Notes: generated from the sequence alone by a model not told the origin. A stretch of DNA of 64,000 bases from an uncultured Gammaproteobacteria bacterium (GCA_964403585.1 CAYOFQ010000001.1:76456-140455); one strand, 5' to 3'. Counted from the first letter of the stretch, positions 9,533 to 19,649 are shown. Translations and numbers: made by a program.

Positions 9533-10405
9533 ATGGAAGAACATGATATAGTCCCAACCAGTCCTAAGAGCGAACTTACTAAAGAGGAGCGTCAAGCGGA
9601 TCTCCGATCTCGAATAATGGAGCAAGCCGATACTATATTGGTAGGCCTCGAAAACGCCTTTGCCAAGCACATCGGTTTTGTTGATGACGATGGCACTCCG
9701 CTTAGTTTGCGTGAGTCAATGCGTGAGGTCAAAGAACTAAACGATAGAGATAAACTTCCTCCCAAACTTCAAAAATACTACGATGGCATGGGTCTTAAGC
9801 TAAGAATAAAAAATCCTGATGAATCATTGGAATTAGACATTTTTAGAGGCGGTTTCGCTGTTGGATTTAAATATAGTAATAATGATCAGTCTATTGAATG
9901 GGACATGCACCATTGCCAAAAGCCAGCGTCAGAACGAGATTTGACAATTGTTAATAACAACAAAAAAAATTATACAAAAAAACGAATTCAGTTATTTGAT
10001 ATTCAAGCCCTCAGAAGTGAAGGCGGTTCTCGTCGATTGCCATTATATATGGAAATGATTCAAGGAGAATCGAGAATGTCGGTAAAATACGACGAGCTGG
10101 ACGAAACAGGGAATACCCGATTAATGGGGGGTGCAGAACTAATTCCTCTAAGCATCCAGCATGAGCATTATCAAGGTGAGATTAACCTTTCAGAGGGTAC
10201 TATTAATTTTAAGGTTGTTGGATATCTGGAAACGTACAAGACACCAAAAGCAACACTTGAACCGGATGGCAATACCTTTACCATTGAATCAGGTTTTTCG
10301 GGCAGAAACAAATTCAAGATTAAAATCAACCAAAATATGATTGATGTTATAAGGGATAACGCTTCAGTCATGGTCATGAGTACTGCAGTAAAACAATTGG
10401 AGTAA
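9533..10405 (+). CDS. Hypothetical protein
   Basis: A 290-aa ORF packed tightly after rho. I recognised no motif. Confidence 0.5.
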   Translation: MEEHDIVPTSPKSELTKEERQADLRSRIMEQADTILVGLENAFAKHIGFVDDDGTPLSLRESMREVKELNDRDKLPPKLQKYYDGMGLKLRIKNPDESLELDIFRGGFAVGFKYSNNDQSIEWDMHHCQKPASERDLTIVNNNKKNYTKKRIQLFDIQALRSEGGSRRLPLYMEMIQGESRMSVKYDELDETGNTRLMGGAELIPLSIQHEHYQGEINLSEGTINFKVVGYLETYKTPKATLEPDGNTFTIESGFSGRNKFKIKINQNMIDVIRDNASVMVMSTAVKQLE

Positions 10406-10407
10406 CT

Positions 10408-11067
10408 ATGGACAAACAAAAAATACTTGAACAAACGGAAAAATATATTAAAGATCTCTTAACCGGTGAAGGCTCAGGCCATGACTGGTGGCACATTTAT
10501 CGGGTACGGAACAACGCCTTCTTAATTGCGGAAAATGAAAATGAGGCCGATCTCTTCATTGTTCAGCTCGGTGCCTTACTCCACGACATTGCCGATTGGA
10601 AATTTTATGATGGCGATGAAAATATTGGACCACAGAAAGCCGCAGAATGGCTGGAATCAGTCGGCACGGATGAAGATACTATCGAGAAAGTAAAACACAT
10701 TGTTAAAAATCTCTCCTACAAAGGTGCCGGAGTGCAAAACACGATGGTACTCTTTGAAGGTAAAATAGTCCAGGACGCTGACCGCCTGGATGCTATTGGA
10801 GCCATCGGTATTGCCCGTACATTTGCATACGGCGGTCATAAGAACCGTGAGTTATATGATCCCGATGTTAAGCCGGTTGCACATCAATCAGCCGATGCGT
10901 ATGTAAAGAATACCAGCCCGACCATTAATCATTTCTACGAAAAACTGCTGCTTCTCAAGGACTTAATGAACACCGAGTCCGCCAAAAAAATAGCTCAAGA
11001 GCGTCACGAATTCATGGAATTATATCTCGACCGGTTTTATAAAGAGTGGGAAGGTAAGCAATACTAA
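10408..11067 (+). CDS. HD-domain phosphohydrolase
   Basis: An H...HD...D signature: HDWWHIYRV, LLHDIADWK, QDADRLDAIG. Confidence 0.8.
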   Translation: MDKQKILEQTEKYIKDLLTGEGSGHDWWHIYRVRNNAFLIAENENEADLFIVQLGALLHDIADWKFYDGDENIGPQKAAEWLESVGTDEDTIEKVKHIVKNLSYKGAGVQNTMVLFEGKIVQDADRLDAIGAIGIARTFAYGGHKNRELYDPDVKPVAHQSADAYVKNTSPTINHFYEKLLLLKDLMNTESAKKIAQERHEFMELYLDRFYKEWEGKQY

Positions 11068-11073
11068 GACTAC

Positions 11074-11652
11074 ATGAAGCTTAAAACTATTGTCGTCTCA
11101 ATTCTGTCCGTCATCGTTCTTTTATTAGTAAACACACTTATCCTCATTGCTTTCCTTAGATTTAACCCGTCTCTCCTCATCTACAACCACCAGTACCAGT
11201 CTCATCACCAGGAAATGCTCGCATATTTACTGTCCGGCAACGACCAGAAACTCAATAAAATGTTACCTCAAGATGAGTTCAAGCACATTCAGGACGTCCG
11301 GCGAATTATCGCGAAAATTCCGCTAACAATTTTTCTGATAATTGCAGTAGCAAGTTACTTAACTAAAATGGATCATAAAGTATCAATTAATGAAGTAATC
11401 AACTACTCATTTATAAGTCTTTTGCTACTATTTTTAGTTGGAACATTTCTTTTTATGCCATTCTTTATTGTATTCCACGAGGTGCTTTTCCCGCAGGGAA
11501 ACTGGTCATTTCCTACAAACTCAATTTTGATTCAACTGTATCCGGAGAAATTTTGGCAATATAGCCTGATAATTATTGGTGTAATCACCACCGTGGAACT
11601 TATCTTAGTGAAGTACTTTACGAACCAGCGTCAGCGTAAGCTTGCCGAGTGA
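11074..11652 (+). CDS. Integral membrane protein (DUF1461/TIGR01906-like, tentative)
   Basis: Several predicted TM helices across ~190 aa. The family assignment is from memory only. Confidence 0.45.
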   Translation: MKLKTIVVSILSVIVLLLVNTLILIAFLRFNPSLLIYNHQYQSHHQEMLAYLLSGNDQKLNKMLPQDEFKHIQDVRRIIAKIPLTIFLIIAVASYLTKMDHKVSINEVINYSFISLLLLFLVGTFLFMPFFIVFHEVLFPQGNWSFPTNSILIQLYPEKFWQYSLIIIGVITTVELILVKYFTNQRQRKLAE

Positions 11653-11680
11653 ATCATCCGATGCTGACCTGAGCTCTGTA

Positions 11681-12634
11681 TCAAGTAAGCGAACTACAGC
11701 GTCCCGTCGATGAGCCGCCCTGTTCCGAGCTGAGTAGGGAAGTTGCAAGTCGGGCACCGGCGAGTGCGAGCAGCTCATCATGTTTTGCTTTGTCCCGTAA
11801 GTAAACTTCAGGATAGTTGGGATCATAACGCTTAACAGCTTCCTGTCCCATTCCGGTCTCCCGATCGGCTCGGTCTTTAATCAAAAATCGCAGACCACCT
11901 TTATCTTCAACGTGGTGTCTCCACCTGCGCACAAATGCGGGATCAACCACTTCATAATGGCTGGGCCCGCGGTTCGACTCTGCCCGTTCGTATGTTTCGC
12001 GTAAGGCATATAATCCGCCATGCGCGGCATTATCCCATAAAAAGTCATTAATACTATTTAAACAGTAAGGATTCACATATTCATGTTTAACCCAGTTGCG
12101 AACCACATTCCGCAGACCGGCTGAAAACATCAATTCAGTCTCTTCTTTACCTAACCCGCGCAGCTGCATATAGTCTTGCACAACAATCCAGGCAGCATTT
12201 TGTGAGAGATTACGCTCATAAGAAGTCGAAACACCTAAGTTAGTAGTCGTTTCTAAAATGCCCAGAGCGATCTCTGTTTTCTTATCGGTATCCGGCGCCA
12301 CAACTTTGGTGTATTCATCGATCAGGAATGAAAGCTTAACCGCATCGTGCTCTGTTGCTTCGTTAATAATATGAAGCCCGCGCAATGCCAGAGAAGAAAA
12401 CGCCCGTGTACCGAGGAAGGAATAATGCAGATCTCTGTCCGCGTCAAAAAAGTATTGCTGAACATCCGAAGTAAACCGTTTGTCTTTATAAAAAGTGTAA
12501 TGTTCTTGAGTTTTTGGATAATTCTTTTCGCGCGAATTACCTGCAAGGAGGGTAAGCACAGCAATGGCCTGCTCATGAGCATTCTCCGGCTCAATCGCTT
12601 CGGTAACATACCCCAGGCCTTTAATTTCAAACAC
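11681..12634 (-). CDS. Hypothetical protein, one of the few minus-strand genes
   Basis: A 317-aa ORF on the minus strand. I recognised no catalytic motif. The 3' end at 11690-11800 is locally GC-rich. Confidence 0.5.
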   Translation of the reverse strand: MFEIKGLGYVTEAIEPENAHEQAIAVLTLLAGNSREKNYPKTQEHYTFYKDKRFTSDVQQYFFDADRDLHYSFLGTRAFSSLALRGLHIINEATEHDAVKLSFLIDEYTKVVAPDTDKKTEIALGILETTTNLGVSTSYERNLSQNAAWIVVQDYMQLRGLGKEETELMFSAGLRNVVRNWVKHEYVNPYCLNSINDFLWDNAAHGGLYALRETYERAESNRGPSHYEVVDPAFVRRWRHHVEDKGGLRFLIKDRADRETGMGQEAVKRYDPNYPEVYLRDKAKHDELLALAGARLATSLLSSEQGGSSTGRCSSLT

Positions 12635-12657
12635 ATTGACGGTGTATTCCCAGGTAT

Positions 12658-12948
12658 CTATTTGCCCCGATCCAGAAGATCCTGTAACTCCGCCGTCTTC
12701 TTTTCGGAAAACCGCGCATACTCTTTGGCAATCCGCTCAGTCTTGCCTCGACGGTACAGTTTATCAAAGTGAGCTAAATCACGCGCGCTGATTGAACTTT
12801 TAAATTCCCGTTCCGCTGCAACAAGGGGAGAACGCTCAGGAACATCTTTTTGAGCTAAAGATAAACCAATATCAACGGCTTCGCCTTCAGACATAGTAAA
12901 GAGAGTATATACTACCCGGAGGCCAAACAAAACGGGAAAATAGGGCAA
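12658..12948 (-). CDS. Hypothetical small protein, probably starting at the internal Met at 12894
   Basis: Lies immediately upstream of, and co-directional with, the 317-aa minus-strand gene. The probable start is MSEGEAV.... Confidence 0.4.
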   Translation of the reverse strand: MPYFPVLFGLRVVYTLFTMSEGEAVDIGLSLAQKDVPERSPLVAAEREFKSSISARDLAHFDKLYRRGKTERIAKEYARFSEKKTAELQDLLDRGK

Positions 12949-12999
12949 TAAACCGCTCCTTTACTTCTTTAAAGCATTTCATGGTATAATACTCGAATC

Positions 13000-13677
13000 A
13001 TGCATTTCGATCTTACAGAACTTATTAAGCAAGTCGGCTATATCGGCATTTTTGCTATAGTTTTTGCCGAATCAGGCTTGCTTATCGGATTTTTCCTTCC
13101 GGGTGACAGCTTGTTATTCACTGCCGGCTTTTTAGCCTCACAAATGTTCCAGGGTCAGCCCATTTTGAACGTCGGACTACTCTATATTATCTGTCTTATA
13201 GCAGCTATATCCGGAGACAGCACCGGTTACTATATCGGACGCAAAACCGGCAAAAGAATCTTTAATAAGGAAGACTCGCTGCTGTTCAACAAGAGCCATA
13301 TTTTGAAAGCTGAAGAATTCTACGAAAAGCACGGTGGTAAGACCATTGTCCTTGCACGCTTCATGCCGGTCATCCGCACGTTTGCACCCATCGTTGCCGG
13401 AGCCGGAAATATGAAATACGGGTCTTTCGTATTTTATAACGTGGTAGGCGGATTCATTTGGGTAACCTCCATGGTCTGGGGTGGATATTTTCTGGGTCGG
13501 GTAATACCTGATGTAGATAAATATTTATTACCAATCATCGGCTTGATTGTCTTAGCTTCCGCCGGTCCGGGAGTGTATCACTTCCTCAAAGATGAAAGTA
13601 ACCGCAAGAAGGTAATGGAATTATCCAAGCAGCTCTTAAACAAAAACAAACGGCACCGCAAAACAGAAGACAAATAA
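13000..13677 (+). CDS. DedA family membrane protein
   Basis: DedA/SNARE-associated signature VFAESGLLIGFFLPGDSLLFTAGFLAS...GKTIVLARFMPVIRTFAP. Confidence 0.85.
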   Translation: MHFDLTELIKQVGYIGIFAIVFAESGLLIGFFLPGDSLLFTAGFLASQMFQGQPILNVGLLYIICLIAAISGDSTGYYIGRKTGKRIFNKEDSLLFNKSHILKAEEFYEKHGGKTIVLARFMPVIRTFAPIVAGAGNMKYGSFVFYNVVGGFIWVTSMVWGGYFLGRVIPDVDKYLLPIIGLIVLASAGPGVYHFLKDESNRKKVMELSKQLLNKNKRHRKTEDK

Positions 13678-13797
13678 GCCCTGTAAAAGCACTATTCTCC
13701 ACATATACGTATTTCTTTCGCCTTGACTTTTAACTCGCTGTACTGCAATATACATCAAGCAATAACTATTCAGTAAACGCATATTGCGAATAAAATT

Positions 13798-14943
13798 ATG
13801 TCTCTGCTCGAAGATATACAAGATTTTTCCTCACTCATTTCGCGTTACTCAACTCACAAAGTAACGTTCTGCGCTGAATCATTTGAAGCGCAGAAAAAAG
13901 TCGTCACTAAAAAAATAATTAAACGAAGAGGACAACTATCCCGTCCGACAGTTCACCTGGGCATGGTTGGCATTGTTGCCGGTGTATTAGTCGGTGGCAG
14001 TTTCATGAGTGGAACATCTTCCACTTCACCGCAATATCCGGAAGCCGACGCTGCCACACCCCAGGAAATTCCGCAAGCCGAGTTAGCCGCCTTTGGTGGA
14101 GACTCACTGGATAACATGAACGCGCAAACCCTCATCTCAGATAAGCCCCGGGATCAAATAATTGATTACACCGTCAAGTCGGGCGAGACTCTTTCACAAA
14201 TTGCCGATAATTTTGGCATCGACAGCAACACTATCAAATGGGCCAACGATTTGGAAGATAAAGACGCCATCAAGCCCGGACAGGTTCTTAAAATTCTTCC
14301 GGTTTCCGGTGTCGCGCATCATGTAGTGCGTGGTGACACCGTCTATAGCATTGCGAAAAAATACGATACCAACCCTCAGGCCATTGTGGATTTTCCCTTC
14401 AATGATATCGGCGAAAATCTTAGTTTGCGCATCAGTCAAATCATTATCGTTCCCGACGGCACACCTGAAGAAAAACCGCGCCCCTCCAAAGCACCGGTCA
14501 AAGTTGTCGAAGGCCCGACGGATACCAAGAAACCGGGCGATAAACCAACCAAGCAGGGTAATGGTATTGGTACCGGATCGTTTATGTGGCCGGTCCGCGG
14601 ACTTATCACCCAGGGCTTTAAATCCTATCACCCGGGATTGGATATTGCCGGAAGCTCCGGTGACCCGGTGGTTGCAGCCGACGGTGGAGAAGTTATTGTT
14701 TCAGGGTGGACAGACAATACCGGCTATGGCAACCGTGTCATGATTAAGCACCCCAACGGCTATGTAACACTCTATGGACATTTACTTTCCAATTCCAATC
14801 GCGTCAAGACCGGCGATAAAGTTTCCAAGGGACAGGTAATCGGACTCCGTGGTTCCACCGGCCGGTCCACAGGCCCGCACCTGCACTTTGAAGTACGTAA
14901 GCCGGGCTCCGCCAATCAGAATCCATCCAATTTCTTAAAGTAA
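13798..14943 (+). CDS. LysM-domain M23 family metalloendopeptidase
   Basis: Two LysM repeats (YTVKSGETLSQIADNFGI; HVVRGDTVYSIAKKYD). M23 motifs HPGLDIAG...D and GSTGRSTGPHLHFEV. Confidence 0.85.
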   Translation: MSLLEDIQDFSSLISRYSTHKVTFCAESFEAQKKVVTKKIIKRRGQLSRPTVHLGMVGIVAGVLVGGSFMSGTSSTSPQYPEADAATPQEIPQAELAAFGGDSLDNMNAQTLISDKPRDQIIDYTVKSGETLSQIADNFGIDSNTIKWANDLEDKDAIKPGQVLKILPVSGVAHHVVRGDTVYSIAKKYDTNPQAIVDFPFNDIGENLSLRISQIIIVPDGTPEEKPRPSKAPVKVVEGPTDTKKPGDKPTKQGNGIGTGSFMWPVRGLITQGFKSYHPGLDIAGSSGDPVVAADGGEVIVSGWTDNTGYGNRVMIKHPNGYVTLYGHLLSNSNRVKTGDKVSKGQVIGLRGSTGRSTGPHLHFEVRKPGSANQNPSNFLK

Positions 14944-14958
14944 GGTATAATACCCCTA

Positions 14959-16041
14959 ATGAATGAGATAACAATTAAGGAAAAAGCATTTCCGCTTCCC
15001 ACCTTCTTTCCTGATGCCACCCGTGGTGTCATCAGAACCCTGGATAGCCAGGATTTGCATCAAAGCGGTGTCGAAGGACTAATCGTCAATACCTACCATC
15101 TGATGAGCAAGCCGGGGACAACGGTCTTAAAAGAGGTCGGGGGAATCAAAGCCCTGATGGGGTGGGACGGCTGGATAATTTCCGATTCCGGTGGATTTCA
15201 GTTACTTTCCATGATTTATCAGAACCCTGCCTTTGGAAAAATCAATCGTGATGGCGTAATTTTTTATCGCGACTCCAAAGGCGGCAAGGAAAAATACAAT
15301 TTCACTCCCGAAAAATCCATCCAGGTGCAGTTCGCCTTGGGCGCGGATATTATGATCTGTCTTGACGATTGTCCGCCCCTGGGGGCAACACCGCAGGAAG
15401 AGCAGGAGAGTATTCAGCGCACCATCGAATGGGCGAGGCGCTGCAAGGAAGAATTTGAAACCCAGGTTAAAAATAAAAAAATGACGGGTGCAAATCGTCC
15501 GTTATTGTTTGGCGTAATTCAGGGTGGCAACAGCAAAGAACTCCGCGAACAGTGTGCTCAGGCACTCATTAATATAGGTTTTGACGGATACGGATTTGGC
15601 GGCTGGCCGTTGGATGAAGGCGGTAAGTACAACAACGAAATTCTCCAATTTACTGCCGATCTTATTCCCAAAGAACTGCCTAAATACGCCTTAGGCGTCG
15701 GCAATCCGCAGGCCGTCCATGATTGTTACCAAATGGGCTGGAATATTTTTGATTGTGTCCTGCCAACCAGAGACGCGCGCCACCAGCGGTTATATATTCT
15801 GGAGTCAAACAATACCGGGCAAATCTACTCCTATCTCCACATCTCTCAGGAAAAATATACCCGGGATACCCAGCCAATCGATCCGAACTGTGATTGCCAC
15901 ACCTGTCAAAAATACTCTCGGGCCTATTTAAAACACTTGTTCGAAATTGAAGATGCCACCGCCTCGCGCCTTGCTACCATGCACAATGTACGAACCTATA
16001 CCCGTTTAATTGAAAAATTGCGGGTCAGCGGTACGATATAA
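14959..16041 (+). CDS. tgt: Queuine tRNA-ribosyltransferase
   Basis: TGT signatures include DSGGFQ and LGVGNP. A C-terminal Zn site CDCHTCQKYSRAYLKHL is present. Confidence 0.9.
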   Translation: MNEITIKEKAFPLPTFFPDATRGVIRTLDSQDLHQSGVEGLIVNTYHLMSKPGTTVLKEVGGIKALMGWDGWIISDSGGFQLLSMIYQNPAFGKINRDGVIFYRDSKGGKEKYNFTPEKSIQVQFALGADIMICLDDCPPLGATPQEEQESIQRTIEWARRCKEEFETQVKNKKMTGANRPLLFGVIQGGNSKELREQCAQALINIGFDGYGFGGWPLDEGGKYNNEILQFTADLIPKELPKYALGVGNPQAVHDCYQMGWNIFDCVLPTRDARHQRLYILESNNTGQIYSYLHISQEKYTRDTQPIDPNCDCHTCQKYSRAYLKHLFEIEDATASRLATMHNVRTYTRLIEKLRVSGTI

Positions 16042-16050
16042 TGTCGGCAT

Positions 16051-16848
16051 ATGCCGGACACACATTCCATCATTACTAAAATCAGTCAAACTAAAAAATA
16101 TCGCGCACTTGCACCACAAACTATTCAACGGATTGTCGAAGAAACCGCGCGCAGATATCGCCCCTCTGAAGTAGAGAATGAGTCAAAGAAAAAACTTCAT
16201 CAGATCTGGGGAGCATACTATTCCACTCGACCGAATTTCCAAAAAATACTTTCCAAAATTGACGAAGAAATACATACCGGAAAAACCGTCAAAGAAATAT
16301 TTCATCCACTATTGCAGATTCATGCATCAACCCGAGAACGGATGCCAATTCTGGATGAGTTTTATACAAACATATTTGCCATTACCGGGCATCCTGCGAG
16401 CATCATTGACCATGCAGCAGGTCTGAATGCACTTACACTGCCATGGATGCAATTACCCGCTACAACTAACTACACAGCCCGGGACATAGATGTCGAAGAG
16501 GTTATGTTTATAAACACTGTTTTTAAAAAAATACCCGGCTTTTCAAATAATAAAAGCGAAGTACATGATCTCTTTGAGCATGGAATTCCGTCGGCACAAA
16601 TGCATTTCCTTTTTAAAATCTTGCCACTCCTTGAACAACAGCATAAAGGCGCAGCGCATCACATCTTAAATAAAATAATAGGGAAATGGATTATCGTGAC
16701 CTATCCCACTGCATCACTTTCAGGAATTAATAAAGGCATGCTGCAAACCTATATGTCTCATTGCGAGGAAATTATCAATCAGGAAAACTGGAAACACACC
16801 AAATTGAATTTTCCGGGAGAACTGGTTTATATAATTGAAAAAAACTAA
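16051..16848 (+). CDS. 16S rRNA (guanine1405-N7)-methyltransferase, ArmA/Rmt (FmrO) family homolog
   Basis: Long blocks match my memory of ArmA and RmtB. Examples: SKKKLHQIWGAYYSTRPNFQKIL against ArmA SKKKLHQIWGSYYSAYPNWDKLL; LQIHASTRERM; LDEFYTNIF; IIDHAAGLNALTL against DFGCGFNPLAL; FKILPLLEQQ; TYPTASLSGINKGM; GELVYIIEKN. Confidence 0.7.
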   Translation: MPDTHSIITKISQTKKYRALAPQTIQRIVEETARRYRPSEVENESKKKLHQIWGAYYSTRPNFQKILSKIDEEIHTGKTVKEIFHPLLQIHASTRERMPILDEFYTNIFAITGHPASIIDHAAGLNALTLPWMQLPATTNYTARDIDVEEVMFINTVFKKIPGFSNNKSEVHDLFEHGIPSAQMHFLFKILPLLEQQHKGAAHHILNKIIGKWIIVTYPTASLSGINKGMLQTYMSHCEEIINQENWKHTKLNFPGELVYIIEKN

Positions 16849-17555
16849 AAACGGTCATCAGCCTGATCAATCTCTTCAATCTGTGGTACACCGCTAAAAG
16901 ATTCAAATGCTGCAATATTTTTAACCAGCATCTCTCGGGTAGTAAAGGGATTAGTAATATATTCATGGAGCGAATCAAAATCAACCCACTCGTAAGTACC
17001 TTCATTATTCCCAATCAGTTCACCGGTAGGGTTATTGCACAAACAATAAAACATAAACTTATCTTCTAAAAGCTCATTAGTTTTATTATCATAAATTCGG
17101 TAATGATTGAGTTTCACAATTACAGGTACACCATCCAGATTTGTTTCTTCTTTCATCTCCCGGATACCGGCTTCGACAACGCTTTCTCCGAAACGTATCT
17201 TACCTGAAAAGAACCCCTGGCACCCGTAAAAAGGTTGTTTCTTGCGGGTATAGATTAAATACTGTATCCGTCCGTCAAGTACCCGCCGGCAACAAATAGT
17301 TACCGAGAGTTTGGCCTGCTTTTGTATCGAAACCGTGTCGGTATCCATTCGGTTGGCATACTCTTTCCCCGCAGGGGTCAAAGTATAGCCGTCTTCGGCT
17401 TTAACCACATGGCCGGCTTTAATCAGCTGATCAAGATGGAAATCCAACTGGTTATTCTCAATTTCAGCGCTGGGTTTGAGTTCGGAATATCGCAGGTGCG
17501 TGGCGAACAATAAACGCTTCAGAATCTGTAGTTGGAGGGTATGTAACTGCTTCAT
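16845..17555 (-). CDS. NUDIX hydrolase with N-terminal winged-helix domain
   Basis: Nudix box GKIRFGESVVEAGIREMKEETNL. An N-terminal HTH-like segment is LQLQILKRLLFATHLRYSEL. Confidence 0.75.
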   Translation of the reverse strand: MKQLHTLQLQILKRLLFATHLRYSELKPSAEIENNQLDFHLDQLIKAGHVVKAEDGYTLTPAGKEYANRMDTDTVSIQKQAKLSVTICCRRVLDGRIQYLIYTRKKQPFYGCQGFFSGKIRFGESVVEAGIREMKEETNLDGVPVIVKLNHYRIYDNKTNELLEDKFMFYCLCNNPTGELIGNNEGTYEWVDFDSLHEYITNPFTTREMLVKNIAAFESFSGVPQIEEIDQADDRF

Positions 17556-17659
17556 AAAGCGATTCTAACCAAACAATGAACCAATTACTAGTCAATTCGG
17601 CTTGACTGTAATTTTGCCTAAGGACTATTAACCGAATACATGATAAAATAAACCTAATT

Positions 17660-19063
17660 ATGTTGGATTACGCAAAAGTAAAAATCAAAGCTGGAGATGG
17701 CGGTAAAGGCCTGGTTGGTTTCCACCGGGAGAAATTTGTACCGAAAGGTGGACCTGACGGTGGTGACGGCGGCAAAGGCGGCGACTTCTATATTGAAGCC
17801 TCCAACAGTGTGTCCACACTCCTGGACTTCCAATTCCTTGACCATTTCGATGCTGAAAGCGGTGAACCTGGGGGTACCTCTAATAAGCATGGCAAGGACG
17901 GACACGACTATATTCTCAAAGTTCCGGTCGGCAGCATCATTCGCATCAATAAGTTAACTGTAGATTTACCAACCAATAAACGACGAAAAGGCGATGTTCG
18001 AGAGCCAAACAAGTATGAACAAAAAGTATTCAATTATAAAAAAATAGAAAAATTGAAAAATCGTCACGAAGCCTTGCAGGATGAGGAAGAGATAAGCGTT
18101 GAACAGCCTATAACAATCAACACCTCCGAAGATGTCGAAGATATTTCTAAAGTACATCAAACAATATCACAAAATGATTCCGATGATATCGTTGAAGAAT
18201 ACGAGGATAATAAAGAAAAAACACCATCGGAAGGATATAAAGTCTACGATTTTAGCGAAAAAAGTAAATATAGCGCTAATACTCAACGAACTCAAAAAAG
18301 CATCGGATCCCAATACGAAAAAGACGAACGACCGGTCTTTGATCTTGATCAGGAAAGCAAGAAAATAATGATCGCCCGCGGCGGCGTTGGCGGCAGAGGC
18401 AACACCCGTTTTAAAAATTCCATCGATAAAGCACCTAAGTTTGCTGAGGCCGGACAAAAAGGCGAATATGTTGAAATTGAAATCATCCTGAAGATGGTTG
18501 CCAATGTCGGATTAATCGGACTACCCAATGCCGGGAAATCAACAATTCTTTCCAAACTCACTGCGGCATCACCAAAAATTGCCAATTACGCCTTTACAAC
18601 TCTCGAACCGAATCTCGGTGTTATGACCGAAGGTGATCAGCGAATTATTCTGGCAGATATACCTGGTTTAATTGAAGGAGCGTCGCAAGGTAAAGGATTA
18701 GGCTACAGATTTTTGCAGCATATTGAAAGAACTGAGCTTCTTGTCCATGTAATCGCTATTCCGGATATACAATCAGACACAACACCTGAAGCGCTAAAAG
18801 ACGAAATACTGAATACATACACTACTGTCCGTCAGGAGTTGGAGCAGTATGGGCATGAAATTCCGCAAAAAAAAGAAATCGTTATCATCAATAAAATAGA
18901 CAAGCTCCCGGAGGGACAGAACACCGTATATATACCGCCGATTGAAGAAGCGCTTAAAAAACTCGGCGAACCGTACGGCTTCATTTCAGCTGAACAGGAG
19001 TTGGGATTAAATGGATTGAAGAAAATAATTCACGCTGCGCTTGTGACCGGGCAAGATAAGTGA
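17660..19063 (+). CDS. obg: GTPase Obg/CgtA with a ~150-aa low-complexity insertion
   Basis: Obg fold N-domain with Gly-rich GDGGKG...GGDGGKGGD. G-domain motifs GLIGLPNAGKST and DIPGLIEGA. An acidic/lysine-rich insert at about aa 95-240 separates the two. Confidence 0.9.
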   Translation: MLDYAKVKIKAGDGGKGLVGFHREKFVPKGGPDGGDGGKGGDFYIEASNSVSTLLDFQFLDHFDAESGEPGGTSNKHGKDGHDYILKVPVGSIIRINKLTVDLPTNKRRKGDVREPNKYEQKVFNYKKIEKLKNRHEALQDEEEISVEQPITINTSEDVEDISKVHQTISQNDSDDIVEEYEDNKEKTPSEGYKVYDFSEKSKYSANTQRTQKSIGSQYEKDERPVFDLDQESKKIMIARGGVGGRGNTRFKNSIDKAPKFAEAGQKGEYVEIEIILKMVANVGLIGLPNAGKSTILSKLTAASPKIANYAFTTLEPNLGVMTEGDQRIILADIPGLIEGASQGKGLGYRFLQHIERTELLVHVIAIPDIQSDTTPEALKDEILNTYTTVRQELEQYGHEIPQKKEIVIINKIDKLPEGQNTVYIPPIEEALKKLGEPYGFISAEQELGLNGLKKIIHAALVTGQDK

Positions 19064-19094
19064 TATCATTAGTATAATATTAAAGGAGGAAAAA

Positions 19095-19409
19095 ATGGCA
19101 CGCTATTATGAAGATCGACCAGTAGATAATTCTTTTCAATCCGGTGTATTTGGACTCGTCCTGGGATTCCTTGCCGGAGCCGCTGCCGTAATTCTTTCTG
19201 ATCCGGATAAAAGAGAAAAGGTCAAAGAAAAAACCGCCGAACTAATAGATAAAAGCAAAACCACAGTTATCCCGGCGGTCGTGAGCACTTTAACGGACAC
19301 GGTCAAAGAAAAAGCCGACCAACTGCAGGACACGATCACCGAGAAAGTCAGTCAGGCCGAGAACAAAGTTAACGATGAAATAGATAAAATAAACAACAAA
19401 GAGGTCTAA
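19095..19409 (+). CDS. YtxH-like small membrane/coiled-coil protein
   Basis: N-terminal TM (VFGLVLGFLAGAAAVIL) followed by a K/E-rich coiled coil. RBS AAAGGAGG is 6 nt upstream. Confidence 0.5.
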   Translation: MARYYEDRPVDNSFQSGVFGLVLGFLAGAAAVILSDPDKREKVKEKTAELIDKSKTTVIPAVVSTLTDTVKEKADQLQDTITEKVSQAENKVNDEIDKINNKEV

Positions 19410-19649
19410 ATGCAAATGAGCTCACTGGATTTTCTTTACCTTGCTTTAGCTGCATGTGCCGTAAGTATTACGGTATTTATTAACATTGTGTTGTATCAAA
19501 TAATTGTTACCTTAAAAATGGCCCGAGGTACCCTTGAACACATTCACGATTATACCCGCGATGCCGTAATCGCCAAGGATAAACTAAAGTTACAATTCTT
19601 GCGGGGCGCCCAGAAAATTCTTTCCTTTTTACCCAAAAAAGAAAGATAA
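19410..19649 (+). CDS. Hypothetical small membrane protein
   Basis: 79 aa with one TM. It starts 1 nt after the previous stop. Confidence 0.4.
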   Translation: MQMSSLDFLYLALAACAVSITVFINIVLYQIIVTLKMARGTLEHIHDYTRDAVIAKDKLKLQFLRGAQKILSFLPKKER

